64,000 bases of DNA from an uncultured Candidatus Saccharibacteria bacterium (GCA_964397155.1 CAYNHB010000001.1:2093-66092); one strand, 5' to 3'. Counted from the first letter of the stretch, positions 27,163 through 36,737 are shown. A program made the numbers and translations. The notes: generated by a model not told the origin, from the sequence alone.

Positions 27163-28409
27163 TGCAATTAATTAAAGACCTCTGGTTTAAAAGAAGGGAT
27201 ATTATTTCTGACGGATTTGATGAATCATTGGAATATATTTCAAAAATAATCCCTCTTAAAATTCATGAAATCCCATCGGGAACAAAATGCTGGACTTGGA
27301 CGGTGCCTGAAAAATGGAGCGTGAAAGAGGCATATATAAATGATTTGGACGGCAACAGAATCCTTGATTTAAAAGATCACCCCTTGCATGTTGTTTCTTA
27401 TTCTTTGCCGATTGATAAAGTTGTAAGCAGAGAAGAGCTATTGGAGCACTTGCATACAAGCAAAGAAAGACCTGAAGCCATTCCCTTTGAATTTAAGTAT
27501 TATGAAAAAGATTGGGGTTTTTGTATTCAAGATAATAAATTAAAAGAATTTACAAAAGATAAATACAAAGTTTTTATTGATTCTAAATTTGAAAAAGGAG
27601 ACTTAAAAGTAGGTGAGCACACAATAAAAGGTAAAACTGATAAAACTATTGCTTTGGTTTCTCATCTTTGCCATCCCGCTCAAGTGAATGATGATTTGAC
27701 TGGCGTTGCAGTATCAGTTGATATTGCTAAAGCAATGGGCAAAAAAGACAACTACTATACATATAAATTTTTGTTTGTTCCAGAAACAATCGGTTCTCTT
27801 GCCTATCTAAGCCAAAATGAAGACGTAATTCCTAAAATAGAATACGGCATTTTTCTTGAAATGTTGGGCAATGACAATATTCATGCCTTGCAGTTATCGC
27901 GACAAGGGGATACGCGATTAGACAGAATTGCAAGATATCTAATGAAAAGAAATCTTAAAAATTTTAAAGAAGGACCTTTTAGAACAATTGTGGGAAATGA
28001 CGAAATGGTATTTAACGGACCCGGTGTTGATGTCCCAATGATTTCAATCAGCAGATATCCTTATCCTGAATATCATACATCAGACGATAATCTTGATATT
28101 GTGTCAGAACAAAGATTGGAAGAATCCAAAAATTTAATTTTGGAAATATTAAACATTATTGATAAAGATTTTACGCCGAAAAGGCAATTTAAAGGGCCGA
28201 TATTTTTGTCAGGATATGATTTATGGGTGGATTGGAGGGAAAATTTAGAATTAAACAGAAATTTTGAAAAAATTATGCTTAATCTTGAAGGCGATAAAAC
28301 CGTATTTGATATAGCAGATGAATTAAATATGAAATTTGAAGATGTCTTGGGCTTCGTGAATAAATTAGAAAAAGCCAAATTGGTCTTAAATATGAAAAAT
28401 AATGAATAA
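27159..28409 (+). CDS. DUF4910/aminopeptidase-like domain protein with C-terminal winged helix
   Basis: 416 aa. The C-terminal FDIADELNMKFEDVLGFVNKLEKAKLVL looks like a wHTH. The architecture resembles DUF2172-DUF4910-HTH proteins often found beside AAC(3)-like genes in glycan loci. The assignment is tentative. Confidence 0.35.
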   Translation: MMQLIKDLWFKRRDIISDGFDESLEYISKIIPLKIHEIPSGTKCWTWTVPEKWSVKEAYINDLDGNRILDLKDHPLHVVSYSLPIDKVVSREELLEHLHTSKERPEAIPFEFKYYEKDWGFCIQDNKLKEFTKDKYKVFIDSKFEKGDLKVGEHTIKGKTDKTIALVSHLCHPAQVNDDLTGVAVSVDIAKAMGKKDNYYTYKFLFVPETIGSLAYLSQNEDVIPKIEYGIFLEMLGNDNIHALQLSRQGDTRLDRIARYLMKRNLKNFKEGPFRTIVGNDEMVFNGPGVDVPMISISRYPYPEYHTSDDNLDIVSEQRLEESKNLILEILNIIDKDFTPKRQFKGPIFLSGYDLWVDWRENLELNRNFEKIMLNLEGDKTVFDIADELNMKFEDVLGFVNKLEKAKLVLNMKNNE

Positions 28410-29469
28410 GGAATATAATTTTAAAATTGGCAACAGGGAAATAGGGCCCGGAAATCCGGTTTTTATTATTGCTGAAATGTCTGCTAATCATAGTCAGGAT
28501 TTTGAAAGAGCCAAGAAAATAATTAAAGCTGCTTGCGAATGCGGAGCAGATGCAGTTAAGTTGCAAACCTATACTCCCGATACTTTGACTATTGATTGCA
28601 AGAAAGAAAGCTTTATCGTAAAAAACTCCAACCCTGATTGGAATGGGAAAACTTTATATGAACTCTATAAAACAGCTTATATGCCCTGGGAATGGTATCC
28701 GGAGCTTAAAAAAATAGCCCAAGAATGCGGTGTTATTCTTTTTTCTACTGCTTATGACGAAACATCAGTTGATTTTTTGGAAGAAATGCAGACGCCAGCT
28801 TATAAAATTGCCTCTTTTGAAATTAATGATGTGGAACTTTTAAAAAAAGTGGCCAAAACAGGAAAGCCAATAATTTTATCAAAAGGTATGGCCAGCATAG
28901 AAGAAGTAGAATTGGCAATTTCAACTTTAAGAGAAAATGGTGCTAAAGATATTATTCTTCTTCACTGCATTAGCTCGTATCCTGCTAAATTGGAGGACAT
29001 GAACTTAGCCACTATTTTAGATATAAAAGAAAAATTTAATGCAGTGCCAGGTTTATCTGACCACAGTTTAGGAATTTCTGTGGCAATAACTTCAATAGCT
29101 TTGGGAGCTTGTGTAATTGAAAAGCATTTTACCCTAAAACGAGCTGATGGCGGGCTTGACAGCTCTTTCTCTGTTGAGCCGGACGAATTAAAACAATTAG
29201 TAAAATGTGTAAGAGAGGCAGAAAAAGCTATCGGTAAAATTCAATACGGACCGACTGAAAGCGAAAAACCGAATATTATTGGCAAAAGATCGTTATTTGT
29301 GGTTGAAAATATAAAAACAGGGGAAGTGTTTACCCACAAGAATGTGCGTTCAATTCGCCCAGGATATGGGCTTGCGCCGAAATTTTTGCCTGAAGTTTTT
29401 GGAAAAAAATCGGTAAAAGACATAGAGCGCGGCACTCCCCTTGATCAAAGTTTAATTGAAAAAAAATAA
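28402..29469 (+). CDS. Nonulosonic acid synthase (NeuB/PseI/LegI family)
   Basis: FIIAEMSANHSQDFERAKKIIKAACECGADAVKLQTY N-terminal NeuB motif and a C-terminal SAF domain. Confidence 0.85.
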   Translation: MNKEYNFKIGNREIGPGNPVFIIAEMSANHSQDFERAKKIIKAACECGADAVKLQTYTPDTLTIDCKKESFIVKNSNPDWNGKTLYELYKTAYMPWEWYPELKKIAQECGVILFSTAYDETSVDFLEEMQTPAYKIASFEINDVELLKKVAKTGKPIILSKGMASIEEVELAISTLRENGAKDIILLHCISSYPAKLEDMNLATILDIKEKFNAVPGLSDHSLGISVAITSIALGACVIEKHFTLKRADGGLDSSFSVEPDELKQLVKCVREAEKAIGKIQYGPTESEKPNIIGKRSLFVVENIKTGEVFTHKNVRSIRPGYGLAPKFLPEVFGKKSVKDIERGTPLDQSLIEKK

Positions 29470-30196
29470 TATGAAATCAGCCATTATCCAAGCAAGGATG
29501 GGCTCTGATCGTTTGCCAGGGAAAGTTTTGAAGAAAATTAACGGAAGACCAATGCTGGAATACGTAATTAATAGGGTGAAGCTCTCTAAAAATTTAGATA
29601 AAGTCATTTTGGCTATTCCCAGCGCTTCTCAAGATGATATTTTGTTTAAATTAGCCAAAAAATTAAATACGATTTGTATAAGAGGGAGCGAGAAGAATGT
29701 TTTGAGCCGCTATCTTAAGGCGGCAAAAGGGACCAATACAGATGTGATTATTAGAATTACCGCCGATGCTCCTTTAATTGATCCTAGAATAATAGATGAG
29801 ATGCTAGACAGCTTTGAAAAAGAAAAATGTGATTATCTTATTAATGATGTAAGACACAAAGGCCATCCCCGAGGATTTGATGTAGATGTATTTTTTACAA
29901 AATGTTTAGAGAAAACATCAAAGCTGGCCAATACAGATTATCACAAAGAGCATATTACAACTTTTATGTTAGATCACCCTGAAATATTTAAAGTCAGATA
30001 TTACAAGGCGCCAAAAAATCTTTGCCGGCCGAATTACCGGCTTTGTGTGGATGAAAAACTTGATCTGATTTTGATAAAAAAAATATTTAAACATTTTAGG
30101 AAAAGAGAATATTTCAGCGCCCAAGAAATAATTGAATATATTGATAAAAATCCTAAATTGGCAGATATAAACAAAAATGTTAAGCAAAAAACATAA
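29456..30196 (+). CDS. Acylneuraminate cytidylyltransferase family (CMP-nonulosonate synthetase, PseF/NeuA-like)
   Basis: AIIQARMGSDRLPGKVL N-terminal CTP_transf_3 motif. The start may be MKSAII at 29471. Confidence 0.8.
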   Translation: MKKNNMKSAIIQARMGSDRLPGKVLKKINGRPMLEYVINRVKLSKNLDKVILAIPSASQDDILFKLAKKLNTICIRGSEKNVLSRYLKAAKGTNTDVIIRITADAPLIDPRIIDEMLDSFEKEKCDYLINDVRHKGHPRGFDVDVFFTKCLEKTSKLANTDYHKEHITTFMLDHPEIFKVRYYKAPKNLCRPNYRLCVDEKLDLILIKKIFKHFRKREYFSAQEIIEYIDKNPKLADINKNVKQKT

Positions 30197-30959
30197 AATA
30201 AAATACGGCTTGAAGCTATGGTCTACTGACCGGGAATTATTTCCGGAAGCAGTTCAATCATTTAAAAAAGGAACTATTGATTTTATAGAATTATATATTG
30301 TTCCCAATTCGTTTATGCCGGGAAAACTCGATTTTTTGAACGATCTGAAGAATATTCCCACAATTATTCATGCTCCTCACACCAAACACAATTTTGATGT
30401 TTTTTCACTCAACGATTCAAAGATTAAAATTTTTAAGGAGCAAGTTGCAAAAACCGCTGATTTTTTAAATAGTAAATTCATAATTGTCCATGCTGGAATT
30501 GGGGATTCCCAAGCAATTTTTAAAGAAAATATTGAAAAAATTAAAGATAAAAGAATTTTAATTGAAAATATGACAAAAATCGGCATAAATGATCAACCTT
30601 GCTTTGGACATTCTTATGAACAGTTGAAGTTTATTAAGGAGCGTGGATTTAATTTTTGTTTGGATTTCAGCCATGCGATAAAAAGCTCTATAAGCCAGAA
30701 AATAGGTTACAAAGAATTTGTTGAAAAATTAATCATTGAATTAACCCCGAATTATTTTCATATCTGCAACGGCAGATTTAATAATGACGAAGATGAACAC
30801 ATGGATTTGTTTGACGGTGACTTTGATATTAAATGGATTAAAGAAATATTGCTTAAATTAGCTGGGAAAAAAGATGTATATTTAGTATTTGAGACGCCCA
30901 AGAGCGGGAATAGAATTTCGAATGATATTAAAAATATAAACTACTTTTTAAGCATATGA
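30177..30959 (+). CDS. Xylose-isomerase-like TIM-barrel protein (sugar-phosphate isomerase/epimerase family)
   Basis: Alternating beta/alpha pattern with His/Asp/Glu metal-ligand candidates (IIHAPH, IIVHAGIG, ENMT, DFSH) typical of the AP_endonuc_2 fold. Confidence 0.5.
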   Translation: MLSKKHKIKYGLKLWSTDRELFPEAVQSFKKGTIDFIELYIVPNSFMPGKLDFLNDLKNIPTIIHAPHTKHNFDVFSLNDSKIKIFKEQVAKTADFLNSKFIIVHAGIGDSQAIFKENIEKIKDKRILIENMTKIGINDQPCFGHSYEQLKFIKERGFNFCLDFSHAIKSSISQKIGYKEFVEKLIIELTPNYFHICNGRFNNDEDEHMDLFDGDFDIKWIKEILLKLAGKKDVYLVFETPKSGNRISNDIKNINYFLSI

Positions 30960-32305
30960 ATAACAAAATAATGTTGATAAATCCGCCGATGACTTATTTT
31001 ACATCGGTAGAACCGATAAGATTGGCCCAGCCAATGGGGCTTTGTTATATTGCCGCAGTTTTAGAAAAAGAAGGGTATGATGTCAAAATATTTGACGCTC
31101 ATGCGGAAGGATACAACAACCGTACAAAAAGAGGAGACAGAACGCAGGTTGGTTTGGATGAAAAAGAGATTGCAAAAAAGATAGCAGAACTTAAGCCCGC
31201 TATCGCGGGGGTTTCGTCAATGTTTACAGACCAATACCATAATGCCAAAATGGTTTGCAAGATTATCAAAGAAGCAAATCCTGAAATTGTAACTTGCATG
31301 GGCGGAGTGCATCCAAGTATGGTAGCGGAAGAGGTTTTGAAAGATCTAAATGTTGATTATGTTATAAGGGGCGAGGCAGAGTACAGCTTTAGGGATCTTT
31401 GTGATTTGTTGGTAAAAAAGAAAGATATTGATCCTAAAAAAATTGACGGCTTGAATTTAAACTCTAAAACGAAATGGATTGAAAATCTTGACGAATTGCC
31501 TTTTCCTGCCCGCCACCTTCTTGACCTTCAAAGATATTTTGCTGCTGGAAGAGCCTATCGAGAACCGTCAAAGCGAGAGCCCGCTTTTCCCATAATTACC
31601 TCAAGATGCTGTCCTGCTTCTTGTAGTTTTTGCGCTACTCACATAATGCAAGGCCACTACCGACAGCGTTCAGTTGAAAATGTTATAACTGAGATTGAAT
31701 ATCTTATTAAAAACCATGGCATGCAAGAAATATATTTTTTGGATGATGCTTTGGCTTTCGGCAATTTTAAGGAGATATTAAAAAAGATGATTGAAAACCA
31801 GTATGATTTAGCGTGGCACGGCGCAAATGGGGTTGCTATTTACAGCTTAAATGATGAGTTGATAGAGTTATTTGCTAAATCCGGATGCTATAAAATTATA
31901 TTATCAATAGAGTCAGGCGTTCAAAAAACATTAGAATATATGAAAAAACCGGTAATATTAAACAAGGCAAATAAAATCATTAAGAAGATAAAAGATTGCG
32001 GCATGAAGGCAGAAAGCATGTTTATGATAGGCCTTCCTTGTGAGACAAAGGAGGACATATTAAATACTGTAAAATTTGCAGAGAGCTTAGATTTAGATTA
32101 TGTTAGTTTTCCTCTTGCCACGCCCTTCAAGGGAACAGCTTTTTATAGGGATTGTGTTGAAAAAGGATGCTTGGTGAAAGATTATAAGTATGAAAATCTT
32201 AAATTTGGAATTGGAAATATTCGAACCAAAGAATGGGGGACGGAATTTGTTGAGAAAGTAAGAAGAGAAGCATGGGAAAGAATTAACAAAATTAATAAAA
32301 AATAA
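30956..32305 (+). CDS. B12-binding (class B) radical SAM enzyme
   Basis: N-terminal B12-binding domain (VKIFDAH, GGVH) followed by the Cx3Cx2C motif SRCCPASCSFC. Confidence 0.8.
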   Translation: MNNKIMLINPPMTYFTSVEPIRLAQPMGLCYIAAVLEKEGYDVKIFDAHAEGYNNRTKRGDRTQVGLDEKEIAKKIAELKPAIAGVSSMFTDQYHNAKMVCKIIKEANPEIVTCMGGVHPSMVAEEVLKDLNVDYVIRGEAEYSFRDLCDLLVKKKDIDPKKIDGLNLNSKTKWIENLDELPFPARHLLDLQRYFAAGRAYREPSKREPAFPIITSRCCPASCSFCATHIMQGHYRQRSVENVITEIEYLIKNHGMQEIYFLDDALAFGNFKEILKKMIENQYDLAWHGANGVAIYSLNDELIELFAKSGCYKIILSIESGVQKTLEYMKKPVILNKANKIIKKIKDCGMKAESMFMIGLPCETKEDILNTVKFAESLDLDYVSFPLATPFKGTAFYRDCVEKGCLVKDYKYENLKFGIGNIRTKEWGTEFVEKVRREAWERINKINKK

Positions 32306-33007
32306 ATGAAAGCAACAATATTGCAGCCAACTTATTTGCCATGGATGGGATATTTTGAAATGATCGATTCTTCTGATGCTTATGTTGTTTTTGATCACGT
32401 TCAGTTTGAAAGAAAATCATGGCAGCAAAGGAATAAGATTAAAACAGCTAATGGAGTTATTTATTTAACAGTACCAGTTGAAAAATCATCGAGAGAAACA
32501 CCTATTTCTAAAATAAGAATATCTTATAATCAAGGAAATCCTTTAAAAAATCACTGGAAAACGATAGAGCTGGCTTATAAAAGAGCGCCATACTTTGGAA
32601 AGTATAAATCTTCTTTTGAAAAGATTTATTCTCAAAAGCATGTTTTATTAAAGGATTTGAATATCAAAATAATAAAATTAGCTTGTGATATTTTAGGTAT
32701 TAAGAAAAAGATAATCTTTTCTTCAGACCTTAACTTAAAAGATAAAAACATGGAAAAAACAGAAAAAGTCATAAACTTATGCAAGAACCAAGGAATAGCC
32801 CATTTATACGACGCTGAGGGAGCAGAAAAGATTTTGGATAAATCCTTGTTTCAAAAGGAGGGCATTTCGGTTGATTTCCAAGAATTTTTGCATCCAGAAT
32901 ATCCTCAGCTTTGGGGCGAATTCGTTCCATATATTTCAATAATCGACTTAATTTTTAATCAAGGAGATAAGTCCCTTTCTATTATTAGAAGCGGGGTTAA
33001 AGAATAA
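32306..33007 (+). CDS. WbqC-family protein
   Basis: MKATILQPTYLPWMGYFEMI N-terminus and ~230-aa size match the WbqC-like family. Paralog of 62669..63385. Confidence 0.6.
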   Translation: MKATILQPTYLPWMGYFEMIDSSDAYVVFDHVQFERKSWQQRNKIKTANGVIYLTVPVEKSSRETPISKIRISYNQGNPLKNHWKTIELAYKRAPYFGKYKSSFEKIYSQKHVLLKDLNIKIIKLACDILGIKKKIIFSSDLNLKDKNMEKTEKVINLCKNQGIAHLYDAEGAEKILDKSLFQKEGISVDFQEFLHPEYPQLWGEFVPYISIIDLIFNQGDKSLSIIRSGVKE

Positions 33008-33012
33008 AAACT

Positions 33013-34314
33013 ATGAAAAAACTTGCTTTATTCGGCGGAGAGCCAATATCAAAAAAACCTTTGTTGCAATATAATTCTATCGGTAAGGAAGAAGAACGGG
33101 CTGTTTTAAAAGCAACAAAAGAAAAGAAGCTTTCTGGATTTGTGGGAAGAGCTGGCGATCGTTTTTTAGGCGGTAAATATGTAAGAGAATTAGAATCAAG
33201 GTTTTGTAAGCATTTTAAGGTAAAATATGCAGTTAGCCTAAACTCTGCTTCTACCGCCCTACAGGCAGCTGTAGGAGCCTTAGGCATTGGTCCGGGAGAT
33301 GAAGTAATTACTTCGCCTTTTACAATGTCAGCTACTGCCTCTGCTATCTTGTTTAACAACGCCTTGCCTGTTTTTGCTGACATAGAAGAGGACAGCTTTT
33401 GCCTTGATTCTAAAAGTATTGAGAAAAATATCACAAAAAGAACTAAGGCAATTTTAGTTGTTAATATACTTGGCAGTTCAGCAAACTATGACCCCATTCT
33501 TAAAATAGCCAAAAAATATAACTTAAAAGTTATTGAAGATAATGCTCAATCACCAGGAGCCACTTATAAGAGTAAATTCACAGGTACGATAGGCGATATA
33601 GGCATTTTTAGTTTTAATGTTCACAAGGTTATTCAATGTGGAGAAGGAGGAATGTTAGTTACTAATAATAAAGATTATGCTTTTAGAGCCCAGCTTATTA
33701 GAAACCATGGAGAAGCAGTAATTAATGATTTGTATAAGAGTAAAAAATATTATCAGCCGGTTTTAGGCAATAATTTTCGTTTAACTGAAATTCAGGCAGC
33801 AATTGCTATAGAACAATTTAAAAAATTAGATAAGTTTAATAAACCAAGAATAATTCTTGCTAACTATTTGACTAAACAACTTTCACAATTTAAATGGCTG
33901 GTTCCCCCCTTGGTTTTTGAAGATAGTGTTCATGTTTATCATGTTTATGGTTTTAGGTTTTTGTCACAAAAAATCGGTATCAAAAGAGCAACTTTTATGA
34001 AAGCAATGAAAGCTGAGGGGTTCCAGCTTGTTGTAGGATGTGAAGACCCAATCCATTTATTAGAAGTTTTTCAAAAACAACAAATGTATCCTAATTCTAA
34101 ATTTCCTTTTGCTTCAAAGGAATATCCTCATAATATCAGCTACAAAAAAGGGATTTGCCCTGTTGCTGAAAGAATGTCGGAGGGAGAGCTTTTAGAAGCG
34201 CTAATTTGCCAGCCCGCTTATACAAAAAACGATGTTGATTTATTTATTAGAGCTGTTAAAAAAATTGAGGAGAATATCGAAGAGTTAAAAAAATATGAAA
34301 AGAAAAAGGTATAA
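33013..34314 (+). CDS. DegT/DnrJ/EryC1/StrS-family PLP-dependent sugar aminotransferase (second copy)
   Basis: Family N-terminus and a candidate PLP-lysine region FSFNVHKVIQCGEGG. 433 aa. Confidence 0.8.
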   Translation: MKKLALFGGEPISKKPLLQYNSIGKEEERAVLKATKEKKLSGFVGRAGDRFLGGKYVRELESRFCKHFKVKYAVSLNSASTALQAAVGALGIGPGDEVITSPFTMSATASAILFNNALPVFADIEEDSFCLDSKSIEKNITKRTKAILVVNILGSSANYDPILKIAKKYNLKVIEDNAQSPGATYKSKFTGTIGDIGIFSFNVHKVIQCGEGGMLVTNNKDYAFRAQLIRNHGEAVINDLYKSKKYYQPVLGNNFRLTEIQAAIAIEQFKKLDKFNKPRIILANYLTKQLSQFKWLVPPLVFEDSVHVYHVYGFRFLSQKIGIKRATFMKAMKAEGFQLVVGCEDPIHLLEVFQKQQMYPNSKFPFASKEYPHNISYKKGICPVAERMSEGELLEALICQPAYTKNDVDLFIRAVKKIEENIEELKKYEKKKV

Positions 34315-36148
34315 AATTATTTTTACCGCTCAAGATCCAGGAGGGTTTAATGCTATTACTCCTGTTATAAAAAAACTTAGAAGAGACAAAAGATTTAATG
34401 TGTCAGTGGTTTTAGCTAAACACGCCTGCCTATTTGCCGAGAAGCAGAAAATAAGATATTTAGATGCTGATAAAACACCGTTTGATATAACCGGAGCAGA
34501 TTTAATTTTAACGGGCACCAGTTTTGGCGATTCCATAGAAAAAAGAATAATAGCTATGGCTAAAGCCAAAAACATACCTACAATCAGTATAATTGATTTT
34601 TGGACTGATTACGCCCCTTCTTTCAGCGATTCAGAAACAGGCAATTTCAAATATCTGCCGGATTATATTTTGGCTGTAGACGAAATAATGAAAAAAGAAA
34701 TGGTTTTAAACGGTTTTCCGCCTGAGAAAATTTTTATTACAGGAAATCCGTCTTTTGATTCATTTTCAAGAATAATTCAACCCAAAACGAACAAAGACCT
34801 AATTGCGTTTTTCCCCCAGCCTTTTTCTGAAATATTAAAAAATAACAGCAAAGATTATAAAGATTATATCAAGTTTGACGAAGTTCAAATTCTTGAAGAT
34901 ATTGTAAAAGTATTGGAGAAGATAGACTTAAACAAAAGAATTGTAATTAATATTCACCCGCGGGCCAAAAAACTTGATAAGTTTGATAAAGTGATCGAAA
35001 ACACAAAATTAAAAATAAAAAAAGAAAAAAAATTATATAACAAAAACTTAATTGAAAAATCAGAAATAGTTATTGGGGTCAATTCCGTAGTGCTGTTCCA
35101 AGCTGCCATGAGGGGCAAAAAAGTATTAAGCTATCAGCCGGGTATTAAAAGCTCAGACCTTTTAATCAGTAACAGATTGGGTTTGTCTGTGCCGGTTTAC
35201 AAAAAAAAGGATCTTTATCGAACATTTAAGAAAATGCTTTCTCAAAAAGTTCGAAAGAATAATTCTAAACCGGTTAAAAAGTATACAGAAAATAAATCTA
35301 CTCAAAAAGTAATAGATTTTATAATTAATACTCTTAAGAATAAGCCCAAAAGAAAATTAAAAGTTATTGCCTGCATTCAAGCAAGAATGGGTTCAAGCCG
35401 CCTTAAAGGAAAAGCATTATTAAAAGTTTCTGGTAAGAGTGTAATTGAAAATATATTTCAAAGATTAAAATCGGCCAAAGAGATCGACGGCATAGTTTTA
35501 GCAACTGCAGATAATAAAGAAAATGATGTTTTAGCAAAACATGCCGAAAGAGTCGGCCTTAAATGTTACAGGGGCTCAGAAAAAGATTTGATTTCAAGGC
35601 ATTATGAAACTGCCCAAAAATTTGGAGCAGATGCTCTGCTTTTAACTACCGGAGATGCTCCATTCACCGACCCTGAAATAGTAGACAGAATGGTAAAAAT
35701 ATATAAAAAAAACTATAAAAAATTTGATTATTTTACTAATGGTTTTCCGCCCACTTTTCCTCATGGATTGGATATAGATATTATACCCTCCTCAACTTTG
35801 AAAAAATTAGACAATGAAGTAAAAAGCCCGTTTTATCGAGAATGTTTTTACGCTTATACTATGGAGAATCCTAAAAAATTTAGAATTCATAATTTAAAAA
35901 ATCCAGTTGACCTTTCTTCAATACGTTTGACGCTTGATTATCCAGAAGATTTGATTATCACAAGAAAAATTTTTAATGCTCTAGGCAGAAGAAATAAGAT
36001 TTTTGTTATGAAAGATATTCTTAAATTTCTTAAAGAAAACCCTGAGGTTCTGGAAATTAATAAAAAAAGAATAGACATGGTTATTGTTAGGAATATTCGG
36101 AGCAAAGAGTATCATTCAACAATAAACAAAAAATATGAACAACAGTAA
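34295..36148 (+). CDS. Fusion of an N-terminal GT-B-like domain (possible PseG-type UDP-sugar hydrolase or glycosyltransferase) with a C-terminal CMP-nonulosonate / SpsF-type cytidylyltransferase
   Basis: The C-terminal ~260 aa carry IACIQARMGSSRLKGKAL, a CTP_transf_3 motif. The N-terminal ~350 aa have a Rossmann-like two-lobe pattern of unknown specificity. Confidence 0.55.
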   Translation: MKRKRYKIIFTAQDPGGFNAITPVIKKLRRDKRFNVSVVLAKHACLFAEKQKIRYLDADKTPFDITGADLILTGTSFGDSIEKRIIAMAKAKNIPTISIIDFWTDYAPSFSDSETGNFKYLPDYILAVDEIMKKEMVLNGFPPEKIFITGNPSFDSFSRIIQPKTNKDLIAFFPQPFSEILKNNSKDYKDYIKFDEVQILEDIVKVLEKIDLNKRIVINIHPRAKKLDKFDKVIENTKLKIKKEKKLYNKNLIEKSEIVIGVNSVVLFQAAMRGKKVLSYQPGIKSSDLLISNRLGLSVPVYKKKDLYRTFKKMLSQKVRKNNSKPVKKYTENKSTQKVIDFIINTLKNKPKRKLKVIACIQARMGSSRLKGKALLKVSGKSVIENIFQRLKSAKEIDGIVLATADNKENDVLAKHAERVGLKCYRGSEKDLISRHYETAQKFGADALLLTTGDAPFTDPEIVDRMVKIYKKNYKKFDYFTNGFPPTFPHGLDIDIIPSSTLKKLDNEVKSPFYRECFYAYTMENPKKFRIHNLKNPVDLSSIRLTLDYPEDLIITRKIFNALGRRNKIFVMKDILKFLKENPEVLEINKKRIDMVIVRNIRSKEYHSTINKKYEQQ

Positions 36149-36737
36149 AAGGAATCGGATAAAAGCAATAATTCTCGATTTTGACCAAACAATAGCGGAC
36201 CTTAAAGTGAATTGGGCCCTTGTTAGAAGCAAAATGACAGATTTCTGCGCTAAAAGCGGCATTGAAGCTGACTTTTCTTACCCTAAGCCAATATATGAAG
36301 TTGCAAGAGCAGTATCAAAAAATAAAAGATTTTATGATAATTTATCGGCAATTGTCAGTGAAGAGGAATTAAAGTCGGCAGAAAGAGCTAAATTAATACC
36401 CGGCGCTAATGCTTTTTTAAAATTTTTACAGGTTAATAATATCCCTTTTGCAATTCTTAGCAATAATAACAGTCAGTGTATTGAGAAAATTTTTAAAAAA
36501 TTTAAACTGCCCAGCCCTAAAATGATAATCGGAAGCAACAATGTTAAGCGTTTAAAACCGCACCCTGAAGGATTTAATAAAATTTTTAACAAAATGAAAA
36601 TTAAAAAAACCCAATGCTTGTTAATAGGAGATTCCAATGCTGAACTATGCCTAGGTAAGCTTACTGGTGTAAAAACATTCATCATTCCCGGAGGCAAAAT
36701 GAAAAATTTCGATCAATTAAAAAACATATTGATATGA
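36135..36737 (+). CDS. HAD-superfamily hydrolase (phosphatase)
   Basis: IILDFDQTIAD motif I and later K / GDSxxE-like motifs. 200 aa. Confidence 0.55.
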   Translation: MNNSKRNRIKAIILDFDQTIADLKVNWALVRSKMTDFCAKSGIEADFSYPKPIYEVARAVSKNKRFYDNLSAIVSEEELKSAERAKLIPGANAFLKFLQVNNIPFAILSNNNSQCIEKIFKKFKLPSPKMIIGSNNVKRLKPHPEGFNKIFNKMKIKKTQCLLIGDSNAELCLGKLTGVKTFIIPGGKMKNFDQLKNILI

